Under the pieces are notes generated by a model, which made no database searches, was not told where the DNA came from, and saw only the letters and a program-made list of their open reading frames with translations. A program made the position numbers and the translations under genes. A stretch of DNA of 64,000 nucleotides from Escherichia coli (GTDB lineage: Bacteria > Pseudomonadota > Gammaproteobacteria > Enterobacterales > Enterobacteriaceae): the NCBI RefSeq assembly GCF_050920415.1, contig NZ_CP169309.1; one strand, 5' to 3'. Positions 38,681 to 51,391 of this stretch are shown in pieces. Position 1 is the stretch's first letter. The number at the start of each line of letters is the position of its first letter.

Positions 38681-38748
38681 ACCCGCATTGCGTGCATTTG
38701 CCGGGCGCAGCACAAACGCCTGCCCCGGCCAACCATACCGGAACTGCT

Positions 38749-40827
38749 ATGTCACAGACACTTGCACTCCATCCCGTGAAAAAGCGGGATGCGATTTTCC
38801 TTTGGGTTTTGCTGGGCTGGCTGGCATTTATCCTGTTGCCGAGCTGGAGTCTCGATTATGGTCTGCTGGAGTCCACGAGTGATGAGATCCTCGAGGCGTA
38901 CAGCTGGTCGCATTTTAATATCAGCTGGCTGTGGTATTTACTCCCGAGTTTGCTGCTGGTTCGCCCGTTTAATGAGGCCAAACGCGAGCAGCGTAGCCGT
39001 CATTATTTTGATGCCGGCTGGGCATTGCTTTGTTTAGCGTTTATGGTCATCAGTGCCACCATCGTTGGCCGCGGTCTAGGCTACGCCGCCATCGTGCTGT
39101 TTATCGAATTAAGCGCGATAATGACGCTGGCCTTAACCCGCCTCGAATGGCTGGGTGGCGACCGCTTTGTGATCGGCTCGCTGATTGCGATTGTGGCGCT
39201 GATTGGCATTTTTATCGTCTGGCCGAGCATCGCCATTTTTATCCCGATGTTCACCAACGACGCGGGAGGGTTCGCCCCACTGGCGTTTATGAATGTGCTC
39301 TCGCAGGCACATATTGTTCAGGTGATCGTCAACTCCATCGTCTTATCGATAGCGGTGGGTATTGGCTGTACTTTCTTCGGTCTGGTGCTGGCGATATATA
39401 CCACGCGCATCGCCAAACGCAGCGCCGTAATCGGCCGCATCTTTTCCATTCTGCCAATTGTCACGCCACCGTTTGTGGTCGGCTTAGGCGTTACGCTCAT
39501 GATGGGGCGCTCCGGCTACATAACGGAATTTATGGTGGAGTGGTTTGGGCTGACCAACACCAACTGGCTGTATGGTTTTACCGGGATCTGGCTGGCACAG
39601 GTCCTGGCATTCACGCCAATGGCTTTTATGATCCTTGATGGGGCCATTAAAACCATTCATCCCTCGCTGGAAGAGGCCTCCTACACCCTGCGTGCCAGCC
39701 GCTGGCAAACCTTTAACGGCGTGTTTGTGCCGTTGCTAAAGCCCGCGCTCGCCAATGCCTTTTTAATCGTCGTGGTACAGTCACTGGCTGATTTCAGTAA
39801 CCCGCTGGTGCTTGGCGGCAACTTCGACGTACTGGCGACGCAAATTTACTTCTACATTACCGGCTCGCAGCTGGATTATCAGGCCGCCAGCACCCTTGGC
39901 GCTTTCCTGCTGCTGTTCTCGCTACTGGTGTTCTGCGTCCAGTATATGTGGATTGGTAAACGCTCTTACGTCACGGTTTCCGGAAAGTCCTACCGCGGCG
40001 ATGTCCAGCCACTACCGGTCACCCTGGTGTGGAGCGTGGTCGCCATACTTGCGATATGGATTGTCTTTAACGCCCTGCTCTATGGCAGCATTTTCTACGG
40101 CAGCTTCACCGTGAACTGGGGCGTAGACTACACCCTAACGCTGGATAACTTTATCAAGTTATTTGGTCAGGGGATGAGCGACGGCGCGTGGCCTTCACTG
40201 TTAGATACCTTGCTCTACGCCGGGATTGCCGCACCCATTACCGCTATCTTTGGCCTGCTCATCGCCTGGGTGGTGGTGCGCCAACAATTCAAAGGCAAAA
40301 AGACCATCGAGTTCACCACCATGTTGTGCTTTGCCGTACCGGGTACGGTGGCGGGCGTCTCGTATATTCTCGCCTTTAACAGCGCTCCGGTTTATCTCAC
40401 CGGAACGGCGGCAATTGTGATTATCTCGATGGTGATGCGTAACGTTCCGGTGGGTATTCGCGCCGGGATTGCGGGTCTGGGGCAGATCGACAAATCGCTG
40501 GATGAAGCCTCACTTAGCCTGCGTGCGGGTTCCCTGCGAACCATTACGCACATTTTACTGCCGTTGTTACGCCCAGCTATTCTCTCGGCCCTGATTTACA
40601 GCTTTGTGCGGGCTATCACGACGGTCAGCGCCATCGTCTTTCTCGTCACGCCGGACACACGCGTGGCAACCGCCTACATCCTTAACCGCGTAGAAGACGG
40701 CGAATATGGCGTAGCCATCGCCTACGGTTCGATTCTGATCGTGGTGATGCTGGCGATTATTTTCCTCTTTGACTGGCTGATCGGTGAAGCACGTATTTCC
40801 CGTTCTAAAGCCAAAAACCAGGCGTAA
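38749..40827 (+). CDS. Fused two-domain ABC permease (AfuB/FbpB-like, about 692 aa)
   Basis: Two tandem permease domains each with an EAA-like loop; size typical of FbpB/AfuB/ThiP. Confidence 0.85.
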   Translation: MSQTLALHPVKKRDAIFLWVLLGWLAFILLPSWSLDYGLLESTSDEILEAYSWSHFNISWLWYLLPSLLLVRPFNEAKREQRSRHYFDAGWALLCLAFMVISATIVGRGLGYAAIVLFIELSAIMTLALTRLEWLGGDRFVIGSLIAIVALIGIFIVWPSIAIFIPMFTNDAGGFAPLAFMNVLSQAHIVQVIVNSIVLSIAVGIGCTFFGLVLAIYTTRIAKRSAVIGRIFSILPIVTPPFVVGLGVTLMMGRSGYITEFMVEWFGLTNTNWLYGFTGIWLAQVLAFTPMAFMILDGAIKTIHPSLEEASYTLRASRWQTFNGVFVPLLKPALANAFLIVVVQSLADFSNPLVLGGNFDVLATQIYFYITGSQLDYQAASTLGAFLLLFSLLVFCVQYMWIGKRSYVTVSGKSYRGDVQPLPVTLVWSVVAILAIWIVFNALLYGSIFYGSFTVNWGVDYTLTLDNFIKLFGQGMSDGAWPSLLDTLLYAGIAAPITAIFGLLIAWVVVRQQFKGKKTIEFTTMLCFAVPGTVAGVSYILAFNSAPVYLTGTAAIVIISMVMRNVPVGIRAGIAGLGQIDKSLDEASLSLRAGSLRTITHILLPLLRPAILSALIYSFVRAITTVSAIVFLVTPDTRVATAYILNRVEDGEYGVAIAYGSILIVVMLAIIFLFDWLIGEARISRSKAKNQA

Positions 40828-40838
40828 TGGAGCGCACT

Positions 40839-41885
40839 ATGAGTCAGAAAAATTTTGTGGAACTGCGCAACGTCACTAAACGATTCGGCAGTAATACGGT
40901 TATCGACAATATCAATCTCACCATCCCACAAGGGCAAATGGTGACGCTGCTCGGTCCTTCCGGATGCGGCAAAACCACCATTCTGCGTCTGGTTGCCGGG
41001 CTGGAAAAACCGAGCGAAGGGCAAATTTTTATAGATGGCGAAGATGTCACGCATCGTTCCATTCAGCAACGCGATATCTGCATGGTGTTTCAGTCATACG
41101 CTCTGTTCCCACATATGTCGCTGGGCGAAAACGTTGGCTATGGGCTGAAAATGCTTGGCGTGTCGCGTAGTGAAGTGAAGCAGCGGGTGAAAGATGCGCT
41201 AGCAATGGTGGATCTGGAAGGATTCGAAGACCGCTATGTCGACCAGATTTCCGGTGGTCAGCAACAGCGTGTGGCTCTGGCCCGTGCGTTGATCCTTAAG
41301 CCTAAAGTGCTGCTGTTTGATGAGCCGTTAAGTAACCTCGATGCCAACCTGCGTCGCAGCATGCGCGATAAAATCCGCGAGCTGCAAAAGCAATTTAACA
41401 TCACTTCGCTCTATGTGACTCACGATCAAAGTGAAGCTTTCGCGGTGTCCGACACCGTGTTGGTGATGAATAAAGGTCACATCATGCAGATTGGTTCACC
41501 GCAGGATCTCTATCGTCAGCCCGCCTCCCGCTTTATGGCAAGTTTTATGGGCGACGCCAACCTGTTCCCGGCGAACTTTAGCGAAGAGTATGTCGATATC
41601 TACGGTTATCGCCTGCCGCGCGCGGCGCATTTCCCGGCGCAAGGTAGCGGCACCGTCGGCGTTCGCCCGGAAGCCATCACCTTAAGCAATCACGGCGAAG
41701 AGAGTCAGCGTTGTGTTATTCGCCATGTCGCCTACATGGGGCCGCAGTACGAAGTGACCGTAGAATGGCATGGTCAGGAGATTTTATTGCAAGTCAACGC
41801 CACCCGTTTACAGCCCGATATTGGTGAGCACTATTACCTCGAAATCCATCCTTACGGGATGTTTGTTTTAGCGGATGCGGCATAA
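40839..41885 (+). CDS. ABC transporter ATPase (AfuC/FbpC-like, about 348 aa)
   Basis: Walker [25 protein letters not shown] signature, Walker B LLFDEP, C-terminal TOBE-like domain; GGAG RBS before this ATG (alternative ATG at 40827). Confidence 0.9.
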   Translation: MSQKNFVELRNVTKRFGSNTVIDNINLTIPQGQMVTLLGPSGCGKTTILRLVAGLEKPSEGQIFIDGEDVTHRSIQQRDICMVFQSYALFPHMSLGENVGYGLKMLGVSRSEVKQRVKDALAMVDLEGFEDRYVDQISGGQQQRVALARALILKPKVLLFDEPLSNLDANLRRSMRDKIRELQKQFNITSLYVTHDQSEAFAVSDTVLVMNKGHIMQIGSPQDLYRQPASRFMASFMGDANLFPANFSEEYVDIYGYRLPRAAHFPAQGSGTVGVRPEAITLSNHGEESQRCVIRHVAYMGPQYEVTVEWHGQEILLQVNATRLQPDIGEHYYLEIHPYGMFVLADAA

Positions 41886-41897
41886 AAATAGCAGATA

Positions 41898-41926
41898 AAC
41901 GGTCCCAACCTGTCTTGAGGGACCGT
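41898..41926 (+). terminator. Putative terminator after the ABC transporter operon
   Basis: AACGGTCCC-loop-GGGACCGTT hairpin 13 nt after the stop; weak T tract. Confidence 0.4.
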
Positions 41927-41967
41927 TCACCTGTTTAAACGTCGGACAACAATTATTCTCCGGCGTT

Positions 41968-42020
41968 ATATACTATAGGGGGGTATGCATTGACATATAG
42001 CATACCCCCCTATAGTATAT
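41968..42020. promoter_or_regulatory. frmRAB operator-promoter: 20-bp perfect inverted repeat with G6/C6 tracts flanking a TTGACA -35
   Basis: ATATACTATAGGGGGGTATG - 13 bp - CATACCCCCCTATAGTATAT; TTGACA at 41990-41995 and TAGTAT -10 in the right arm; matches the RcnR/FrmR-type TACT-G6-N-AGTA operator class. Confidence 0.75.
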
Positions 42021-42044
42021 TGCGTGCAGATGATGAGGTGCGAA

Positions 42045-42320
42045 ATGCCCAGTACTCCGGAAGAGAAGAAAAAGGTCCTTACTCGAGTTCGTCGTATTCG
42101 GGGGCAAATTGATGCTCTGGAACGGTCGCTGGAGGGTGATGCCGAATGCCGTGCCATACTCCAACAGATCGCTGCCGTTCGGGGCGCGGCTAACGGGCTG
42201 ATGGCAGAAGTGCTTGAAAGCCATATCCGGGAAACGTTTGACCGAAATGACTGCTACAGCCGCGAAGTCAGCCAATCCGTTGACGACACTATTGAACTGG
42301 TTCGTGCCTATCTTAAATAG
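42045..42320 (+). CDS. frmR: Formaldehyde-responsive repressor FrmR (91 aa)
   Basis: Translation [30 protein letters not shown]... (CsoR/RcnR family). Confidence 0.93.
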
Positions 42321-42324
42321 CTGA

Positions 42325-43464
<1,140 letters not shown>

Positions 43465-43556
43465 TTTCCCGCTGATTTCGCCCCGTCCAGTTCAGACGGG
43501 GTTCTCAATACCGTCCCCGGGCAGCCGTCCGGGGATTAACCGTGAGATAATGACTG

Positions 43557-44390
43557 ATGGAACTCATTGAAAAACATGCCAGCTTTGGCGGCTGGCAAAA
43601 TGTGTATCGGCATTATTCCCAATCACTGAAATGTGAAATGAATGTCGGCGTCTATCTCCCACCAAAAGCCGGGAATGAAAAATTGCCGGTACTGTACTGG
43701 CTTTCGGGCCTGACCTGTAACGAGCAGAATTTCATTACTAAATCGGGGATGCAACGTTACGCGGCTGAGCACAACATTATTGTTGTTGCGCCAGACACCA
43801 GTCCGCGAGGCAGTCATGTCGCAGATGCCGACCGTTACGATCTCGGACAAGGTGCCGGGTTTTACCTGAACGCAACGCAAGCGCCGTGGAATGAACATTA
43901 CAAAATGTATGATTATATCCACAACGAGCTGCCGGATTTAGTGATGCAACATTTTCCGGCAACGGAAAGAAAGTCAATCGCGGGTCATTCAATGGGCGGG
44001 CTGGGCGCGCTGGTGCTGGCGTTACGTAACCCAGATGAATATGTCAGCGTCTCGGCGTTTTCGCCCATTGTCTCCCCATCGCAAGTACCGTGGGGACAGC
44101 AAGCCTTTACCGCATATCTTGGTGAAAATAAAGATGCCTGGTTGGATTACGATCCGGTGAGTCTTATTTCACAAGGTCAACGCGTTGCGGAAATCATGGT
44201 TGATCAGGGGTTGAGTGATGATTTTTACGCAGAACAGCTGCGGACTCCAAATCTTGAAAAGATCTGCCAGGAGATGAATATCAAAACGTTAATCCGTTAT
44301 CACGAGGGTTATGATCACAGCTATTATTTTGTCTCCAGTTTTATTGGCGAGCATATTGCCTACCACGCCAATAAACTGAATATGCGTTGA
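43557..44390 (+). CDS. frmB: S-formylglutathione hydrolase FrmB (277 aa)
   Basis: Esterase D family; GHSMGG nucleophile elbow. Confidence 0.93.
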   Translation: MELIEKHASFGGWQNVYRHYSQSLKCEMNVGVYLPPKAGNEKLPVLYWLSGLTCNEQNFITKSGMQRYAAEHNIIVVAPDTSPRGSHVADADRYDLGQGAGFYLNATQAPWNEHYKMYDYIHNELPDLVMQHFPATERKSIAGHSMGGLGALVLALRNPDEYVSVSAFSPIVSPSQVPWGQQAFTAYLGENKDAWLDYDPVSLISQGQRVAEIMVDQGLSDDFYAEQLRTPNLEKICQEMNIKTLIRYHEGYDHSYYFVSSFIGEHIAYHANKLNMR

Positions 44391-44394
44391 GCAT

Positions 44395-44500
44395 CCGCGC
44401 ACGCCAGCCGGATGCGGCGTGAACGCCTTATCCGGCCTACATTTCGCCCATGAGCCGTAGGCATGATAAGACGCGCAAAGCATCGCATCAGGCATCTGTG
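44395..44500. repeat. REP/BIME elements between frmB and yaiL
   Basis: GCCGGATGCGGCGTGAACGCCTTATCCGGCCTAC and GTAGGCATGATAAGACGCGCAAAGCATCGCATCAGGC motifs. Confidence 0.65.
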
Positions 44501-44516
44501 CACGGCTTATCGATGA

Positions 44517-45056
44517 TTACCACATCAAATCATCAGGCACTTTAAAGTCGGCATACGGATCGTCTTCATCCTGCTCTTCGGCGCTGAGCGCGCTGTGCAA
44601 CACAATACTGCTGGCGTCACGCTGAGCAATTTTATCGGCAACGCTGGCGGGAATAATGGCGTATTCACCTTCGCTATTGTTATCGACCAACAAGCGGGCA
44701 ATCGCCAGACGACCATTAATCAACTGCGTTTGTGTGAGCTTATCGACAAAAATCTTCTTAATCAGATTGCTATCGGTAAAGTTAAAACCGATATCGCCAT
44801 TGGCAATGGTGATCCGGTTCATTTCAATAAGCTGCTTCACCTGAGCTTTATATTCTTTCGCCAGTGCCGCTTGTTTTTGCTGCTCGCTAAGCTGTTTATC
44901 ACGCTCAAGCTGTGCCTTTTTATTTTCTTCTACCGCCGCCCGAGCCTCACGCGCCTGAACGCGCGATTTTTTCGCCGTTCTCTCGACCTTCGCCGCTTTT
45001 TTGCTGGTGACTAATCCTGCTTTGAGCAACTGCTCTTGTAAGGTAAGTTTTGCCAT
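44517..45056 (-). CDS. yaiL: DUF2058 protein YaiL (179 aa)
   Basis: Translation MAKLTLQEQLLKAGLVTSKKAAKVERT... matches YaiL; ORF-track start 45128 is an upstream extension. Confidence 0.8.
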   Translation of the reverse strand: MAKLTLQEQLLKAGLVTSKKAAKVERTAKKSRVQAREARAAVEENKKAQLERDKQLSEQQKQAALAKEYKAQVKQLIEMNRITIANGDIGFNFTDSNLIKKIFVDKLTQTQLINGRLAIARLLVDNNSEGEYAIIPASVADKIAQRDASSIVLHSALSAEEQDEDDPYADFKVPDDLMW

Positions 45057-45158
45057 CTTTGTTTCCAAACCCGCTGAATAATTTTTAGCGAGTATACCTG
45101 TAAACGCCGTGGGTGTATTGGGGGGCAAGTCCCTTTCGCCCCGGCTTAATAAGGCGCG

Positions 45159-46370
45159 TCAGGCATCAGCGCACGGCTGCATTCGTGATTTTCGACTCAT
45201 CAAAATAAACACCGCTAATCCAGCAACAAGAATACCCGGCGCAGATGCGGCCATTACGCCAACCGTGCCAGTGCCTAATGCCAGCATTTTCCCTGCCAGC
45301 AACGGGCCGCTCATGGCACCCAGACGCCCAATCGCCACGGCGGTTCCCACGCCGGTTGCGCGGATCTGCGAACTGTAAAACAACGGAGCCAATGCATACA
45401 AAACGCTTTGCCCACCTGTTGCAAACAACCCTGCGACGAATCCCGCCAGCAACATACCGTTAAATGATGACACCGTTCCCAGCGCTAACAGCGAAGCTAA
45501 CATACCGCTATAAATCAGTAGCGACATGGTCATTGGACGCAGTTTATCCATCAGTGCGCCCAATATTAACGTCCCGCTTGCCGCCCCCATTTGTAGTGCA
45601 AACATCACCCCTGCCGCCTGCGATGGCTGGAATCCTTGTTCCACTAAAAGCAGCGGTAGCCAGTTGATCAACATGTAGACCACCAGCAAAGTGAAGAAAT
45701 AACACAACCACAGCAGCAGCGTTGCGGTTGCCGTGTCGGGCGCAAATAACGCACGCAGCGGCGGCGCGGCCTGTTTTTCGCCAGCGAACACCGCCGACTC
45801 CGGCAGCCAGCGCATTAACAGTGGCACCAGAATCAACGGCACCACACCACCTACCCAAAACACCGTTTGCCAGGCTAAGTTTGCCCCGGCAAAACCCAGT
45901 GTCGCCGCCAGCGCCGCGCCAATGGGAACCCCGCAATACATCAGGCTCACCGCCGTTCCACGAAAACGTGGCCCCGCCGCTTCAGACGTCAGGGCGATAA
46001 GATTCGGCAACGCCGCCCCCAGCCCGACACCGGTCATTAGCCGCGCAAAGACCAGTGAGGGGAAATCCCAGGCAATAGCCGTTGCCAGCGAGAACAAACC
46101 AAACAGCGCAACTGAACCAATCAAAATGCGTTTACGACCATAACGGTCCGCCAGCATTCCGCCAACCAGCGCGCCGGGTAGCAAACCGAGTATTCCGGCA
46201 CTGAATATCCAGCCCATTTGCATTTTATCGAGTGCAAAAGCCTGGGCGATGCCACCCGCCGCAATGCCAGCCGCCTGAAGATCCAGTCCTTCCATCAGAG
46301 CGACTAAAAAACAAAGCCCGATGGTCAGCATCAGGCGGGATGAAGATGATGAAGGGGTACGAGTCGACAT
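45159..46370 (-). CDS. mhpT: 3-(3-hydroxyphenyl)propionate MFS transporter MhpT (403 aa)
   Basis: Translation MSTRTPSSSSSRLMLTIGLCFLVALMEGLD... MFS. Confidence 0.9.
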   Translation of the reverse strand: MSTRTPSSSSSRLMLTIGLCFLVALMEGLDLQAAGIAAGGIAQAFALDKMQMGWIFSAGILGLLPGALVGGMLADRYGRKRILIGSVALFGLFSLATAIAWDFPSLVFARLMTGVGLGAALPNLIALTSEAAGPRFRGTAVSLMYCGVPIGAALAATLGFAGANLAWQTVFWVGGVVPLILVPLLMRWLPESAVFAGEKQAAPPLRALFAPDTATATLLLWLCYFFTLLVVYMLINWLPLLLVEQGFQPSQAAGVMFALQMGAASGTLILGALMDKLRPMTMSLLIYSGMLASLLALGTVSSFNGMLLAGFVAGLFATGGQSVLYALAPLFYSSQIRATGVGTAVAIGRLGAMSGPLLAGKMLALGTGTVGVMAASAPGILVAGLAVFILMSRKSRMQPCADA

Positions 46371-46444
46371 AAGATGAACCTCGTTGCGAATGCAGGTGAA
46401 TCGCGGCTGATACATTGCCAGCCGCGTAATCAAAACCATTTAAT

Positions 46445-46755
46445 GACTGCCTACGGACGAAAGTAGGCCGGATAAGGCGTTTATGCCGCATCCGGCTGTC
46501 GTGCGCCATTGCCTGATTCGACGCTGACGCGTCTTATCATGCCTACAAATTCCCGCGCCATCCGTAGGCCGGATAAGACGTTTACGCCGCATCCGGCAGT
46601 CGTGCACAGATGCCTGATGCGACGCTGACGCGTCTTATCATGCCTACAAATTCCCGCGCCATCCGTAGGCCGGATAAGGCGTTTATGCCGCATCCGGCAG
46701 TCGTGCGCCATTGCCTGATGCGACGCTGACGCGTCTTATCAGGCCTGGGATGGGT
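46445..46755. repeat. BIME array: about three tandem units of paired REP palindromes between mhpT and mhpE
   Basis: Repeated units of ...GTAGGCCGGATAAGGCGTTTATGCCGCATCCGGC...GCCTGATGCGACGCTGACGCGTCTTATCATGCCTAC... roughly 100 bp apart. Confidence 0.8.
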
Positions 46756-46779
46756 ATACAAAATGCACGTTGCCAGCAG

Positions 46780-47795
46780 TCAACATGATTTGTTGTTGCA
46801 CAGATCCAGCGCCACGTCGACGATCATATCCTCCTGGCCGCCGACCATCCGGCGTTTACCCAGCTCAACGAGAATATCCACCGCGCTTAAACCATAACGC
46901 GCCGCCGCCGTTTCACAGTGACGCAAAAAGCTTGAGTAAACACCAGCGTATCCCAGCGCCAGCGTTTCGCGGTCGACACGTACCGGACGATCCTGCAACG
47001 GACGCACCAGGTCGTCAGCGGCATCCATTAACGCATAGAGATCGGTCCCATGCTGCCAGCCCAGTTTATCCGCGGCGGCAATAAACACTTCCAGCGGTGC
47101 GTTACCTGCACCCGCGCCCATCCCCGCGAGGCTGGCGTCAATGCGGTCACAGCCCTCTTCCACCGCCGCGATAGAGTTCGCCACGCCAAGACTCAAGTTA
47201 TGGTGAGCATGCATGCCGGTTTGCGTTTCCGGTTTGAGCACCGCTTTCAGGGCGCGGAAACGGTCACGGATATCGCTCATGTTCATCGCACCGCCAGAAT
47301 CCACCACATAAATACAGGTCGCACCGTAGCCTTCCATCAGCTTTGCCTGTTTTGCGAGATTCTCTGGCGTGGTCATGTGGCTCATCATCAGAAAGCCAAC
47401 GGTATCCATTCCGAGTTCGCGGGCATACTGAATATGCTGAGCGGAAACATCAGCTTCGGTGCAGTGCGTAGCCACACGAACCACCCGCGCGCCAGCCTGC
47501 CAGGCATTTTTCAGATCGTGAATAGTGCCAATTCCTGGCAGCAACAATGTCGCGATTTTGGCGTGCTTCACCACATCCGCCGCAGCTTCAATCCATTCAA
47601 GGTCGCTATGCGCACCGAAACCATAGTTAAAGCTGGAACCCTGCAAACCATCCCCATGGGCCACTTCAATCGAATCCACGCGGGCATCATCCAGTGCTTT
47701 GGCAATCTGGCGGACATTTTCAAGTGAATACTGATGACGAATGGCGTGCATACCGTCACGCAACGTGACGTCTGAAATATAAAGTTTTTTACCGT

Positions 47796-47799
<4 letters not shown>
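46780..47799 (-). CDS. mhpE: 4-hydroxy-2-oxovalerate aldolase MhpE (339 aa)
   Basis: DmpG-family aldolase; start overlaps the mhpF stop. Confidence 0.93.
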
Positions 47800-49561
<1,762 letters not shown>

Positions 49562-50428
49562 TTAAGGACGTGCGAGGAAATTCAGTACCAGTTGATTGAA
49601 AGCGTCGGCATGTTCCCACTGCGCCCAGTGACCACAGTCGCGGAAGATATGCAGCTCAGAACCGGCGATGCCAGAAAGCAGACGCAGCCCTGCGTCCATC
49701 GGCACAAAACGGTCGTTACGCCCCCAGACAATCAGAGTTTGCGCTTTGATTTCCGCCAGACGTGGGCCAAAATCCGGGAACTGTTTCGGATTGGCTTCCA
49801 GGCTCTTAACGAAGTTTTCCAGGTGATCGCGACGCGACAGCATATTATTCAGGCGCGCTTCAAACAGGGCGTCAGTCAAATCGCTGGTATCGAAAACGAA
49901 GATATCCATCATCAGCTTCAGATTTTCGATAGTCGGCTGGCGATAAAGCTGATTCAGTCGCTTAATGCCTTCAGTTGGCATCGGCGTAAACAAACTCATG
50001 CCACCTGTACCGCCGCCCATCAGCACCAGTTTGCCGACGCGCTCCGGCCAGTTAAGGGTGAACGCCACAGAACTGTGGCCGCCCATCGAGTTGCCCAGCA
50101 GGTGGATTTTGGCGATATCCAGTTGATCCACCACGCTTTTCAGGATGCGCGCATTGAGATCCGATCGCGAACCACTGTTAACGATCGAATCGCTCTTACC
50201 CCAACCAGGACAATCCAGCAGGATCACCCGATAACCAGCTTCTACCAGCGGATCGATATTGCGGCTGAAGTTCGCCCAGCCCGTAGCCCCCGGGCCGGAG
50301 CCGTGCAGCAGGACAACGGTTTCGTCGCCTTGACCGCAGTCATTAAAATGGATGCGCAGCGTTTTACCCGCTTCTTCTACATTCAGAAAACAGCTGGTGG
50401 CGGCTTCGGTTTGTGGCTGATAACTCAT
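49562..50428 (-). CDS. mhpC: 2-hydroxy-6-oxononadienedioate hydrolase MhpC (288 aa; alternative in-frame starts at 50443 or 50491)
   Basis: Alpha/beta hydrolase with GNSMGG nucleophile elbow; translation from [12 protein letters not shown]... Confidence 0.9.
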   Translation of the reverse strand: MSYQPQTEAATSCFLNVEEAGKTLRIHFNDCGQGDETVVLLHGSGPGATGWANFSRNIDPLVEAGYRVILLDCPGWGKSDSIVNSGSRSDLNARILKSVVDQLDIAKIHLLGNSMGGHSSVAFTLNWPERVGKLVLMGGGTGGMSLFTPMPTEGIKRLNQLYRQPTIENLKLMMDIFVFDTSDLTDALFEARLNNMLSRRDHLENFVKSLEANPKQFPDFGPRLAEIKAQTLIVWGRNDRFVPMDAGLRLLSGIAGSELHIFRDCGHWAQWEHADAFNQLVLNFLARP

Positions 50429-50445
50429 CATCTTCTCCTGCATAT

Positions 50446-51390
50446 TCAGTTCTCTGTTCTGGCGCTTAACGAGCCAAATCCGGCAATCCACTCCGGGATC
50501 GGGCGGTAATAACGCCCTTCGCTACGCCAGTTGCCAAACGCAGAAATAGCGGCAAAAGCAGCGACCCAGGTTTTGATTTCATGTGTCGACTTTCCTGCAA
50601 TGGCGGAAAGCTCTTCGTTACTGACGGCATCCAGTTCCTGTATGCGTCCCTGCTCCAGCAAAGACATGAACTGGTTATCCCAAATCGGGTTGAGCGGATG
50701 CAGAGTTCTCTGATCCTCAACAAACCTCTCAGCGGCGCTAATCACCCGTTGCTGGCGCATTTCGCGCTCATTGGCGGGCAAATCTTTCCCGCTACCCAAC
50801 AGACGATCGCGCATATGGGCATCCGCTTTCGCCAGTTCTGGCACCGGCGGCTGATGGGAAAGCCCACCGGAACCCAGGAACAGCACGCGCTTATTCAGCG
50901 TACTGGTGAAACGTCCAATGGCTTCACCCAACATGCGGGTACGCTGAAAACCAGGTAGCGGCATGGCGACACCGTTGATGAATACAGGCAGGACCGGCAC
51001 CTTATCCAGCCCACCGAGCAAGAACTCCAGCGGCTGGGCGAACCCATGATCCACCTGCATACAGTAAGAAACGGCAAGATCAATCCCGCTCTTCATGACG
51101 GCATGCGCACAAGCCTCCGCCAACTCCACAGGCACAGGAAGCTCTCCTGCCGCACTGCCGAAATCGCCAATTGCCGTCGCCCCAACGCCTAAACAGAAGG
51201 GTGGCATCACGTCATAGAAAAAACCGTTGTAATGATCTGGCGCAAACAGCACCACCAGTTCAGGGGAGAAGGCCGCAATACGCTCGCGGGCACTGGCAAT
51301 CACGCCATTGACCTCATCAAGTATCTCTTGCGCCGGGTCGACATACCCTACCAGCGGCGAGTGGGAAAGACAGTGAAGATAAGCGTGCAT
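50446..51390 (-). CDS. mhpB: 3-carboxyethylcatechol 2,3-dioxygenase MhpB (314 aa)
   Basis: Extradiol dioxygenase; translation [19 protein letters not shown]... Confidence 0.93.
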   Translation of the reverse strand: MHAYLHCLSHSPLVGYVDPAQEILDEVNGVIASARERIAAFSPELVVLFAPDHYNGFFYDVMPPFCLGVGATAIGDFGSAAGELPVPVELAEACAHAVMKSGIDLAVSYCMQVDHGFAQPLEFLLGGLDKVPVLPVFINGVAMPLPGFQRTRMLGEAIGRFTSTLNKRVLFLGSGGLSHQPPVPELAKADAHMRDRLLGSGKDLPANEREMRQQRVISAAERFVEDQRTLHPLNPIWDNQFMSLLEQGRIQELDAVSNEELSAIAGKSTHEIKTWVAAFAAISAFGNWRSEGRYYRPIPEWIAGFGSLSARTEN

Positions 51391-51391
51391 A

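Noticed and set aside
39030-39638. 202-aa alternative-frame ORF inside the fused ABC permease gene
   Set aside because: Same strand but different frame from a long permease ORF with clear transmembrane character; the R/H-rich translation is not protein-like.
46445-46755. Possible CRISPR array suggested by regularly spaced repeats
   Set aside because: The repeat units are GC-rich imperfect palindromes of the REP family with conserved rather than variable intervening sequence, and there are no cas genes nearby. This is a BIME array, not CRISPR.
47050-47727. 225-aa plus-strand ORF antisense to mhpE
   Set aside because: Embedded in mhpE; H/R-rich low-complexity translation.
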